Shown piece after piece: positions 25,947 to 34,725 of a DNA stretch of 36,081 nucleotides. Positions within the stretch are counted from its first letter, which is position 1; each line of letters opens with the position of its first letter. The position numbers were made by a program, and so were the translations under genes. The notes below the pieces were generated by a model. The model saw nothing but the letters and a program-made list of their open reading frames with translations. It did not search any database and was not told the origin of the DNA. Source of the stretch: Streptosporangiaceae bacterium (GTDB taxonomy: Bacteria; Actinomycetota; Actinomycetes; Streptosporangiales; Streptosporangiaceae); assembly GCA_039928335.1 (NCBI GenBank), contig JBDSTJ010000633.1, positions 1-36,081 of the forward strand, in the 5' to 3' direction.

Positions 25947-26059
25947 AAGATGTGGGTGAGCATGGTGTTGATCAACGTCCCGCAGGCATCCCCGAGAAGC
26001 CGACGCGAGCGGAGAAGCGGGCGAACAGCCGATGCCGGACTGAGCCATCGTCGTGGGCT

Positions 26060-26299
26060 GGGCCAGGAGCGGAGCGTCGCCACGCACATACCGGACTGGT
26101 GCGCCGACCCTTGCAGGGCGGTGTCCCTCGCTCCAGGCACGAGATCGCGGTGGGCCATCACCTCATGCCGGGCCTCATAGCTCATCGAGGCCGCCTCGGT
26201 GCTGTGGCAGCCCCGTGCGCCGACGCTGAGGCCGTGCATCAGGAACAGTCCGCCCAGGACCGCGAGCACGCAGGCCAGGCGGGCGGCTCTCCGCCACAC
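26060..26299 (-). pseudogene. Possible fragment of small His/Met-rich membrane protein (DUF6153-like)
   Basis: VLAVLGGLFLMHGL...MAH...GMCVATL; no sensible C-terminus before running into the opposite gene. Confidence 0.35.
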
Positions 26300-26301
26300 C
26301 G

Positions 26302-26557
26302 TGGATGGGGAGGTCCAGTACGGGACAACGTGATCAGCCGCACCGTGGCGGCACCGACCTTTCTGGAGAGCGTCGAAGGAATCGTCGTCGAAGTGGCCCG
26401 CGCTGCGGAGGACGCCGACCACCACCCCGACATCGACATCCGCTGGCGCAACGTGACGCTCAGCCTCACCACCCACGATGCCGGTAACGCACTCACCGCA
26501 CTCGACTTCAGCCTCGCTGCGAAGATCGACGAGATCGCCGCACGTTACGGCGCGTAG
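26302..26557 (+). pseudogene. Pterin-4-alpha-carbinolamine dehydratase, N-terminus missing
   Basis: ISRTVAAPTF..AEDADHHPDIDIRWRNVTLSLTTHDAG..LTALDFSLAAKID; lacks the usual first helix and a clear start. Confidence 0.75.
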
Positions 26558-26736
26558 CTCCCTCACCAGACCCGGGCCCGCCCCTACTGCTGCAGGGGCG
26601 GACCCGGCCGGAGCGCGTGGCGACCGCGTCCAGCAGAACCCGGGTGCCGGTGACGTTGGCGTCCATCGCGGCTGGCAGGGTGCGTGGTGGCCATGTCCGT
26701 CTCTCCTTCGTTCTCCGCTTGCCCCATCTCAGCAAG

Positions 26737-26753
26737 ATACCCCCTAGGGGTAT
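26737..26753. promoter_or_regulatory. CsoR-type copper operator
   Basis: ATACCCC-CTA-GGGGTAT, perfect 7-bp arms with the C-tract/G-tract typical of CsoR sites. Confidence 0.7.
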
Positions 26754-26828
26754 TTCCCTCGACGGCGTGATGGTCGTCGCCTTCGATGGCGGCATTCCCG
26801 ACATCCACCTGTACGATCAACCTCCAGC

Positions 26829-26845
26829 TCCTACAATATGTCGGA
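26829..26845. promoter_or_regulatory. Putative BlaI/CopY-family operator 1, overlapping -10 TACAAT
   Basis: TCCTAC-AATAT-GTCGGA. Confidence 0.7.
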
Positions 26846-26873
26846 CCGCTGTCGAGTCGAGGGTTGGTACTGG

Positions 26874-27872
26874 GTGAATCGCCGCAGTTCAGTGGCAGTC
26901 GGGTTGGCCGTCGCGCTGTCGCTCCTAGCGACGCCTGTCGTGCCGGCGGCGGCCGAGCCGAAGCCCAGCCGCAAGGAGCTCACGGCGAAGGAGAAGAAGC
27001 TCGTCGACCAGCTGGAGGTACTCACCGAACAGCACAACGGTCTGGTCGTCCGGCTCGAGCAGTCCCAGCGTGCCGCCAAGGCCGCCAAGGGCACCTCCGC
27101 CAGAGCACAGCTGAAGCTCGACGATGCCCGCACCGCAGTCGCCCGGCTCGCAGCCGAGAGGTACAAGAACAGCGGCCTCGACACCGGCATGGCCATGGCG
27201 GTGTCAGCCGATCCGCAGAGCCTGCTCGACCGCTACTCGGCCGTCGGATTCCTGGCCGCCCAGAGCGACACCCGCATCACCGGTCTCATGACCGCGTTGC
27301 AGTCGGCCGCCCGCACCCGTAAGGCCTCCGATGACCGGATCGACCAGGTCAAACGGCTCACCAAGGAATCGGACGACAAGCGCAAGAAGATCCAGGGCCT
27401 GCTGAAGAGTGTTCGCGACAAGCTGGGCAAACCGCCGACCTCTCCCAAGGACCCACCGCCGGTCGTCGACCAGGGCCAGGCCTCGCAGAAGGCGATGGGC
27501 GCGGTCAAAGCGGCGCTGGCGCAACTCGGCGTCCCCTACTCCTGGGGCGGCGGCAACGCCTCAGGCCCCAGCTACGGCACCGATCAAGGCGCCAACATCA
27601 AGGGCTTCGACTGCTCCGGCCTGACCCTCTATGCGTACGCCCAGGTGGGCATCAACCTTCCCCACTACACCGGCGACCAGTGGAACTCCGGCGCCCGCCT
27701 CGGCCGCAGCAACCTTCGGCCCGGCGATCTCGTCTTCTTCTACGGGGACCTGCATCACATGGGCATGTACATCGGCAATGGCAAAATGATCCACGCCCCA
27801 CAGACCGGCGACGTCGTCAGGATCAGCAGTATCGACGGTCGGCCCTTCGCGGGCGGCGTCCGGGTAGCCTGA
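26874..27872 (+). CDS. Secreted coiled-coil + NlpC/P60 peptidoglycan endopeptidase (RipA-like)
   Basis: Signal peptide ending PAAA; coiled coil; LGVPYSWGGG, GFDCSGL, PGDLVFF, HHMGMY, MIHAP. Confidence 0.93.
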   Translation: MNRRSSVAVGLAVALSLLATPVVPAAAEPKPSRKELTAKEKKLVDQLEVLTEQHNGLVVRLEQSQRAAKAAKGTSARAQLKLDDARTAVARLAAERYKNSGLDTGMAMAVSADPQSLLDRYSAVGFLAAQSDTRITGLMTALQSAARTRKASDDRIDQVKRLTKESDDKRKKIQGLLKSVRDKLGKPPTSPKDPPPVVDQGQASQKAMGAVKAALAQLGVPYSWGGGNASGPSYGTDQGANIKGFDCSGLTLYAYAQVGINLPHYTGDQWNSGARLGRSNLRPGDLVFFYGDLHHMGMYIGNGKMIHAPQTGDVVRISSIDGRPFAGGVRVA

Positions 27873-27874
27873 TC

Positions 27875-27891
27875 TCCTACAGGCCTTAGGA
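27875..27891. promoter_or_regulatory. Putative BlaI/CopY-family operator 2, directly upstream of the repressor
   Basis: TCCTAC-AGGCC-TTAGGA. Confidence 0.6.
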
Positions 27892-27902
27892 AGGAAATCC
27901 CG

Positions 27903-28295
27903 GTGACGAGCAAGGGCGCGCTCGAACGGATCATCATGGACGTGCTGTGGCCCGAGACCGAGCCCCTGCTCGTCCGCGAGCTGATGGAACGGGTCAACAA
28001 GCACACCGACCGCCCTCTCGCCTACACCACGGTCCAGACCGTCGCCGACCGGCTCGTCGCCAAGGATCTGCTCGTCCGAACCCGCCACGGCAATGCATGG
28101 CGCTACGCCACCCGCCAGTCCCGCGAGGATCACGTCGCCGCCCTCATGCTGGAGGCCCTGTCCGGGGTGACCGACAGCGGCCTCACCCTGAGCAGGTTCG
28201 CCGAAGGCATCGAAGGAGAGGACGCCCACCGCCTCCTCGAGGCGCTGTCCCGGCGGGCTCTGCAGGGCTTGAAGCCGGACGGAACCGGGTCTTGA
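27903..28295 (+). CDS. blaI: BlaI/MecI/CopY-family repressor
   Basis: GALERIIMDVLW..LAYTTVQTVADRLVAKDLLVR..AWRY..SREDHVAALM. Confidence 0.92.
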   Translation: MTSKGALERIIMDVLWPETEPLLVRELMERVNKHTDRPLAYTTVQTVADRLVAKDLLVRTRHGNAWRYATRQSREDHVAALMLEALSGVTDSGLTLSRFAEGIEGEDAHRLLEALSRRALQGLKPDGTGS

Positions 28296-29215
28296 CCATC
28301 TTCGCGCTGCTCGCCGCGGCCGCCGTCGTTCTCGGCCACCTCGCCGGGCCGGCTCTCGCCCGTCAGGAGTGGACACAGCGGCACCCGGTCCCCGCGATCG
28401 TGCTGTGGCTCGCAACTCTCTGCGCCGCAGTCGCGGCCGCCGTCGGATTCGTCGCGTTCGCCGTCTTCAGTTCCCCTCAACCCGGCCACACCCTCGTCGA
28501 GTGGGCTCTGAGCTGTGCCTCGGGCCATGCCCACTCAGGGACCTGGGAAGCCGCGATCCTCAGCCTTCCGCCCGTCATCGCCTTTCTTCTCGCGGCCCGG
28601 ATCGGCGTCCGCCGCCTTCGTTCGACCATCTCCGCCCGCCACCGGCACGGGGAGATGCTGCGGCTCGTCACCCGCGAGACCGACGAGCTGGCAGACACCT
28701 GCATTCTCGACCACCCCATCCCGATCGCGTACTGCCTGCCGGCTCGCGGCCGTCCCATCGTCGTGAGCAGCGGCGCGTTGGACGTCCTGGACCCCGGCCA
28801 ACTGGCAGCCGTCCTCGACCACGAACGCGCCCACCTCCGAGGCCGTCATCATCTGATCGTCGCCCTGGTCGATGCCCTCGCCCATACCCTGCCCTGGGCA
28901 GCGACCTTCCAGCACGGCCGCACCGCGCTCGCCCGCCTGCTCGAACACGCAGCCGACGACACCGCCGCCCGCCGACACGGCGCGACCACCGTCTTCAGCG
29001 CCCTGCACAAACTCACAGTCCTGCCCAGCCCCGCCGGCACTCTCGGTGCCGGAGCCAGCGCCCCCCAAGCGCTGTCCACCCGTCTCAACCGCCTCAGCAA
29101 TCCGGTCGCCTCCGCCCACGGCCGCCGTCTCGCCTGGTCAGCAGCAGCCCTCTCCTCCCTGCTTCCCGTCGCCATCCTCACCGGCTGGATGACCGCCATC
29201 GCCCTGAACTGCTGA
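28292..29215 (+). CDS. M56-family (BlaR1-like) membrane metallopeptidase
   Basis: TTGA overlap with blaI; N-terminal TMs, AYCLP, IVVSSGAL, AVLDHERAHLRGRHHL (HExxH), LEHAADD. Confidence 0.9.
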   Translation: MTIFALLAAAAVVLGHLAGPALARQEWTQRHPVPAIVLWLATLCAAVAAAVGFVAFAVFSSPQPGHTLVEWALSCASGHAHSGTWEAAILSLPPVIAFLLAARIGVRRLRSTISARHRHGEMLRLVTRETDELADTCILDHPIPIAYCLPARGRPIVVSSGALDVLDPGQLAAVLDHERAHLRGRHHLIVALVDALAHTLPWAATFQHGRTALARLLEHAADDTAARRHGATTVFSALHKLTVLPSPAGTLGAGASAPQALSTRLNRLSNPVASAHGRRLAWSAAALSSLLPVAILTGWMTAIALNC

Positions 29216-29463
29216 ATCCAGGCGGCGGCACCGATGGCCAGGACTAGATCATGGCTCAGGCCGTGCCTGTGACTCCACGGAAAGCACGGGTGGCCGGATG
29301 CCCACGGCGGGGGCGCAAGCCCACGGTGACGCGGTGGCCAAGTACGTCATCTGGAAACAGCGGATCTGGGACGTCCGGAGTGGCAACGGCTGGAAGCCCA
29401 TGTCCGACCGAGGCGGGGTCGTCGCCAATCATTTCGATCATCCCCATGTCTCCGTGCTCTGAG

Positions 29464-29560
29464 CCGTCGGCAGTGCGACGGAGACGGCAGTGTCGTCGAG
29501 GAGCAGCACAAAGGTGACCAGGGTGAGCCCGGCAGGGGTGCCCCAACGCTCCCGTCGCCC
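29464..29560 (-). pseudogene. Short N-terminal fragment of DHA2-type MFS transporter
   Basis: RWGTPAGLTLVTFVLLLDDTAVSVALPTAQ resembles the TM1 motif LDxTxVxVALP; the rest is absent. Confidence 0.5.
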
Positions 29561-29786
29561 GATCACTCGCGCACCCGAACCGTCACCAAGCAGACCGGTC
29601 CGCCCACGAGGCACAGCATCAGCCATGATCAGTGTCCGGGACGGTTGAGGCAGCGTCGTCACCGCTTCTCGATGGTGCCCGGCCCGTAGTTCCGATGCGC
29701 ATGATGCATATCCGTTCATCAACGTTCCGGCGATGGAAGCCCCGGTACGGAACTCGGCACTCCGAACTTGGTCGACCGGTGTGTGA

Positions 29787-32387
29787 TCAGCGGTGGCTGG
29801 CCGATTCGGCTGGTGCGAGCCGGTCTGTACTGGCGATCTCCGCCGGTGCGGGCGCCTGGGGTAGGTGGAGGCGTTTGAGCATGAGGGCGTTGACGGCGAC
29901 GATGACGCTTGATCCGGACATGGACAGTGCGGCGATTTCGGGGCGGAGGACGAAGCCGAAGGCAGGTTCGAAGACGCCGGCGGCGATGGGCAGCGCGATC
30001 ACGTTGTAGCCGACGGCCCAGGCGAGGTTCTGCCGCATCTTGCGCAGGGTGCCGCGGCCGATTCGGAGGGCCGCGACCACGTCGAGGGGGTCCGAGCGCA
30101 TCAGGACCACGTCGGCGGTCTCGATGGCCACGTCCGTGCCTGCTCCGATGGCGATGCCGAGGTCTGCCAGGGCGAGAGCGGGCGCGTCGTTGACGCCGTC
30201 GCCGACCATGGCGACCTTACGTCCCTGGGCCTGCAGTTCGGCGATCTTAGCGGCTTTGTCGCCCGGGAGGACCTCGGCGATGACGGTGTCGATGCCGAGG
30301 ATCTGGCCGATGCGCTGGGCGGTGGCCTGGTTGTCGCCGGTGAGCATGACGACCTCGACTCCGGCGTCCTGGAGCGCCCGGATCGCGGGGAGCGAGGTTT
30401 CGCGGAGGGCGTCGGCGACGCCGATGAGGCCCACGGCCACCCCGTCGACCGCGACGAGCACTGCGGTACGTCCGCTGGCCGCCATCTCCTCACGGCGGCT
30501 GGAGAGTGAGCCCAGGTCGGCCCCCTGGCGTTGCATGAGACGCAGGTTGCCGACGGCGACGTGGTGTCCGTCGACCTGGGCGATAGCGCCGTGGCCGGGG
30601 ATGTTCTCGAACTCCTCGGCACGTGCCGCTGACGCGCCGGAGTCATCGTGGCGTCGGACGATCGCTGCGGCCAGCGGATGCTCGGATTCGCGTTCGACGG
30701 CGGCGGCGAGGTGGAGCAGTTCGGCCTCGGTAAGTCCTTCGGTGATGAGGTCGGTGACCTCGGGCTCGCCCTTGGTGAGGGTGCCGGTCTTGTCCATCAC
30801 CACGACCTGGATGCGGGCAGAGGTCTCCAGGGCCATGGCGTTCTTGAACAGGATTCCGCGTTTGGCACCCAGTCCGACCCCGATCATGATGGCCGTCGGG
30901 GTGGCGAGCCCGAGCGCGTCGGGGCAGGTGACGACCACGACCGTGATCGCGAAGAGCATCGCCGTGGCGAGCGTGCTGCCGGTCAGCATCCAGACCGCGA
31001 AGGTGAGGCCGCCGCCGGCCAGGGCCACGAGTACCAGCCAGAACGCCGCCCGGTCGGCGAGCCGCTGGCCTGGCGCTTTGGAGTTCTGCGCCTCCTGGAC
31101 GAGCTTGACGATCTGGGCCAGCGCGGTGTCCGCGCCGACCTTCGTGGCGCGGACCCGGATGGTGCCGTTGATGTTCATGGTGGCCCCGATGACGTCCGAT
31201 CCGGGGACCTTGTGCACCGGCATGCTCTCGCCGGTGACCGTGGACTCGTCGACCTCGCTCTCGCCCTCCTCCACGACGCCGTCGACCGCGATCTTGGAGC
31301 CTGGGCGGACCAGCATCAGATCGCCGACCACGATCTCCGACGTCGCGACCTCGAGCTCCTGGCCGTCGCGCAGCACCACCGCTTTGGGCGGTGCCAGGTC
31401 GAGCAGGGCATGGATCGCGGTGTTGGCCCCGCCACGCGCCCGCATCTCGAACCAGTGGCCCAGCAGCACGAACGCCGACAGCACGGTCACGGCCTCATAG
31501 AAGACGTCACCGCCGCCGGTCAGGGTGATCACCAGGGAGTACAGCCACCCGGTCCCTACCGCTACCGCGACCAACACCATCATGTCCAGCGTCCGGGCCC
31601 GAAGGGCCCGCAGCGCGCCGTCGAAGAAGATCGTGTCGGCGTACAGGACGACCGGGAGGCTGAGGAGCAGCGCCCACACGTCCTCGCGCAGGCCGAACGG
31701 CACCGCGACGTCTAGCCCGAACACGTCATGGCCGATCGGGGACCACACCAGGATCGGGACCGCGAGAACCACCGCGATCAGGAACCGGTTCCGCATGTCC
31801 CGCGCCATTCCCGCCATCGACATTCCGGCATGCCCGCCATGGCCCATCACCTCATGCGGGGAGCGCACACCCTCGTCTCCGGCGGCGTGCCTCTCATGCT
31901 CGTCTGCCCCACCGTGCCCGGCGTGCTGCATGGGGCCGGACGCGGTGTGCATGGCCTGCTCGGAGCCGCCGTGCCCGCTCGCGGGCAGTCGTGCGCCTGT
32001 CGGTTCCTCCGCCGGATCGCACAGATGGCTGGGCACGAGCTGGCCGGCGCAGTGGTATCCGCACTCCCGCGCCCAGGCGCGCAGCTCGGCGACCGACGTC
32101 ACACCCGGGTCGAAGACGACCGTCGCACTCTGCGCGACCGGATTCACCACCACGTGGAGGACTCCCGCGCGGCGGCCGAGAGCAGATGACGCCACCGGAC
32201 CCTGCGACGCCCAATACAGTCCGCGAAGATCCAGCACAACGGTCCGGGTGTCCTCGTGCGCCGTCGCCGCACCCCCGGCAGGGCCAGCGCCGCGCTCGTG
32301 CCGGCCGAACACGAGATACAGCAGGCCGATACCGCCAAGGACACCGATCCCGATGGCGCTCTGCGCCAACACGGACACACCGGTCAT
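29787..32387 (-). CDS. copA: Copper-translocating P1B-type ATPase
   Basis: LDMMVL, TGES, TCPDALGLATP, DKTGTLT, SEHP, GDGVNDAPAL, YN, MSGSS; His/Met-rich N-terminus; GGAG 9 nt before ATG. Confidence 0.93.
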   Translation of the reverse strand: MTGVSVLAQSAIGIGVLGGIGLLYLVFGRHERGAGPAGGAATAHEDTRTVVLDLRGLYWASQGPVASSALGRRAGVLHVVVNPVAQSATVVFDPGVTSVAELRAWARECGYHCAGQLVPSHLCDPAEEPTGARLPASGHGGSEQAMHTASGPMQHAGHGGADEHERHAAGDEGVRSPHEVMGHGGHAGMSMAGMARDMRNRFLIAVVLAVPILVWSPIGHDVFGLDVAVPFGLREDVWALLLSLPVVLYADTIFFDGALRALRARTLDMMVLVAVAVGTGWLYSLVITLTGGGDVFYEAVTVLSAFVLLGHWFEMRARGGANTAIHALLDLAPPKAVVLRDGQELEVATSEIVVGDLMLVRPGSKIAVDGVVEEGESEVDESTVTGESMPVHKVPGSDVIGATMNINGTIRVRATKVGADTALAQIVKLVQEAQNSKAPGQRLADRAAFWLVLVALAGGGLTFAVWMLTGSTLATAMLFAITVVVVTCPDALGLATPTAIMIGVGLGAKRGILFKNAMALETSARIQVVVMDKTGTLTKGEPEVTDLITEGLTEAELLHLAAAVERESEHPLAAAIVRRHDDSGASAARAEEFENIPGHGAIAQVDGHHVAVGNLRLMQRQGADLGSLSSRREEMAASGRTAVLVAVDGVAVGLIGVADALRETSLPAIRALQDAGVEVVMLTGDNQATAQRIGQILGIDTVIAEVLPGDKAAKIAELQAQGRKVAMVGDGVNDAPALALADLGIAIGAGTDVAIETADVVLMRSDPLDVVAALRIGRGTLRKMRQNLAWAVGYNVIALPIAAGVFEPAFGFVLRPEIAALSMSGSSVIVAVNALMLKRLHLPQAPAPAEIASTDRLAPAESASHR

Positions 32388-32487
32388 GGCTGTCATCTCC
32401 AGACGATCACGAGAATCGCCGCCGGGTTCGGTTTCTCCCGGACGGCAACTCCACCCTCCACTGCCCGCGCCTGAACGAACAGAGTAC

Positions 32488-32504
32488 TCCGACGATATGT
32501 AGGA
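32488..32504. promoter_or_regulatory. Putative BlaI/CopY-family operator 3 in the copA divergent promoter
   Basis: TCCGAC-GATAT-GTAGGA; reverse complement TCCTAC-ATATC-GTCGGA has arms identical to operator 1. Confidence 0.72.
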
Positions 32505-32599
32505 GGACTTTCGTCCCTGCGTCCGCGGCCCTTTGCCGGTATTCCCCGGCGGTAGGAGAACCCAGCCTTGAAGGGCATCCACCGAGAGGAGCAACAGCC

Positions 32600-32905
32600 A
32601 TGACCCACCAGCCAGCGCACGACGTTCAGCCCCAGCCGTCCGCACCCCAACGTCCGGACGGGATCCCTCGCTGGCGCACCGTGAACATCACTGCCCGTGA
32701 GCGTACCGGCCGGATCATCATCGGCCTGGGAGCCGTCCTGGCCGGCATCATCCTCCTGTCCGGTGCAGGATCAGCCCTGATGGTCGTCTTGACCCTCCTG
32801 CTCACGGCGGTAGGACTCGACCTCGTCGTGACCGGAGCACTCGGCCACTGCCCGCTCTACCAGAGGCTCGGCCACGTGCCGCCCTCACTGCGCAGGCCCT
32901 CATGA
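32600..32905 (+). CDS. DUF2892/YgaP-like membrane protein
   Basis: NITARERTGRIIIG...LVVTGALGHCPLYQRLG; GAGGAG RBS. Confidence 0.82.
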   Translation: MTHQPAHDVQPQPSAPQRPDGIPRWRTVNITARERTGRIIIGLGAVLAGIILLSGAGSALMVVLTLLLTAVGLDLVVTGALGHCPLYQRLGHVPPSLRRPS

Positions 32906-33141
32906 CCACGCCGGGCCACGACCACGGACATGACCTGGGCCGACCTGAGACCACCAAGCCCGACCGCCACGGCGGGCACGGCGGGCACGGCTGGATGATG
33001 ATCGCCTGCTGCGTCCCGATGCTCGTCATCGCCGTCGTCCTCGTGGCGACCGGCGTCGTCGGCTTCGGCTTCGTGTTCGTCGCGATCATGTGCACCGCGA
33101 TGATGGCGCTGATGATGCGTGGGATGGGCGGCGAAGGGTGA
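32902..33141 (+). CDS. Small His/Met/Cys-rich membrane protein
   Basis: GHDHGHD..HGGHGGHGWMMIACCVPML..MCTAMMALMMRGM; ATGA-coupled. Confidence 0.8.
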   Translation: MTTPGHDHGHDLGRPETTKPDRHGGHGGHGWMMIACCVPMLVIAVVLVATGVVGFGFVFVAIMCTAMMALMMRGMGGEG

Positions 33142-33265
33142 GCGCGCCGAGGACCCGCTCCCTGGGCCATTCGCTCTCCTATGACACCCCTGGCGCCGCG
33201 GCGTCACACTCTGTATTCGCACACCGCTCGACTGGTGGCCACGGCCGCAGGACAGGAGCTTCACG

Positions 33266-33559
33266 ATGATGGATTGGAACGACGGAGGTATGAGCGGCTG
33301 GGGCTACGCACTCATGACCCTCAGCATGGTCATGTTCTGGAGCCTGGTGGTCTTCGCGGTGATCTCACTCGTCCGATCCGGCAACCGAACAGGCCAACAG
33401 CACCATCACCATGACACCGCCCCGCCGTCCCCACCCGAGCAGCTGCTCGCCGAGCGGTTCGCCCGAGGTGAAATCGAGGCCGACGACTACGGGCAGCGCC
33501 TCGCAGTACTCCGCGGCGGCCACCAAGAGGGCGAAAGCAGTACGGCCGTCAACTCCTGA
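33266..33559 (+). CDS. SHOCT-domain membrane protein
   Basis: GWGYALM..TM..PEQLLAERFARGEIEADDYGQRLAVL; AGGAG RBS. Confidence 0.88.
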   Translation: MMDWNDGGMSGWGYALMTLSMVMFWSLVVFAVISLVRSGNRTGQQHHHHDTAPPSPPEQLLAERFARGEIEADDYGQRLAVLRGGHQEGESSTAVNS

Positions 33560-33822
33560 ACTTCGGGCGCGCGCTGGGCTCGACACCACCGTTTCGCGGA
33601 CCTCTATCGAGAGCGGGTGTGCGCGCCCAGCGGCGTTCTCATGATGGCGGGATGGCTGGCAGTGATCCCATCCACCTGTACATTCGAGCCAGCCCTTGGG
33701 CGATATGTCTTGTTTGTCATTTGACTGGCGATTTTGCCGATGCGCTGTGGGAATCTCGACCGTACGTTTGCGGCGCAAACTCCCCTTGGTGAGGGAGACC
33801 GACCTCGGAAAGAGGTGACCAC

Positions 33823-34725
33823 ATGCGCCGGAAGACCTGTCTCTGCATCATGGCAGCGGTTCTTTTGATCATGTCGTCCATCAGCACGGCTCTGGCAGGG
33901 TCCGCCTCCGCGGCGACGCAGACCGTCACGGTCAGGTACGGGCCGTGGACCATTCCCGGCGGGACGATGGACCGCCCAGGCCAGATCTCCAACCAGATAG
34001 CGGCAATCCCCAAGCCGTGCGGTTCGTGTGACATCGTCGGGCAGAAGCCGGATCTCGTCTACGCCGACGGCAGCGTCGCCGACATGGATACCGGTCCGAT
34101 GCTGCACCACTACGTGATCAGCAACCTCGCCGCCCGGGACACCGTCTGCCCGGCCCAGCCGCTCGGCGACCGGCTGTTCGCCTCCGGCAACGAGCGCACC
34201 GACAAGCAACTGCCGGACGGTTACGGTCTCCAGGTCCGCAACCTCGACCGGTGGATGATGCTCACCGACCTGATGAACTACGCTCCGACCCCGCAGACGG
34301 TCTACATCTCGATCACCTACACCCTCGCCGGGGCGGGATCGACCAAGCCTGTCCGCTCCCTGTGGCTGGACGCGGGCGGCTGCCTGTCGTCCTACTACGC
34401 GGTCCCGGCAGGGCCGAGCTCCCGCACTTGGGGCTGGACCGCGACCACCGGCGGCAAGATCGTGTTCGCCAACGGCCACCAGCACGCCGGCGGCGTCCAT
34501 GTGAAGGCCACCGACGACACGGCCCAGGCTCTGATCTGCGATTCGGCCGCCGAATACGACACCATGGGCGGGATGCGGACCATCGTGAAGATGGGGACCT
34601 GCGCCGGCGACCGGCTGGCCACCGTCCGCCGCGGCGACCGGGTGAGCGTCACCAGTTACTACGACTCACCGACAGCCCAGTCCGACGTCATGGGCATCGT
34701 CCACGCCTACCTGGCAGCCGGCTGA
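33823..34725 (+). CDS. Secreted protein resembling copper type II (PHM/DBH-like) monooxygenase
   Basis: Signal peptide (ASA); MLHHYV, GHQHAGG, ICDS, DVMGI motifs in PHM order; several Cys. Confidence 0.7.
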   Translation: MRRKTCLCIMAAVLLIMSSISTALAGSASAATQTVTVRYGPWTIPGGTMDRPGQISNQIAAIPKPCGSCDIVGQKPDLVYADGSVADMDTGPMLHHYVISNLAARDTVCPAQPLGDRLFASGNERTDKQLPDGYGLQVRNLDRWMMLTDLMNYAPTPQTVYISITYTLAGAGSTKPVRSLWLDAGGCLSSYYAVPAGPSSRTWGWTATTGGKIVFANGHQHAGGVHVKATDDTAQALICDSAAEYDTMGGMRTIVKMGTCAGDRLATVRRGDRVSVTSYYDSPTAQSDVMGIVHAYLAAG

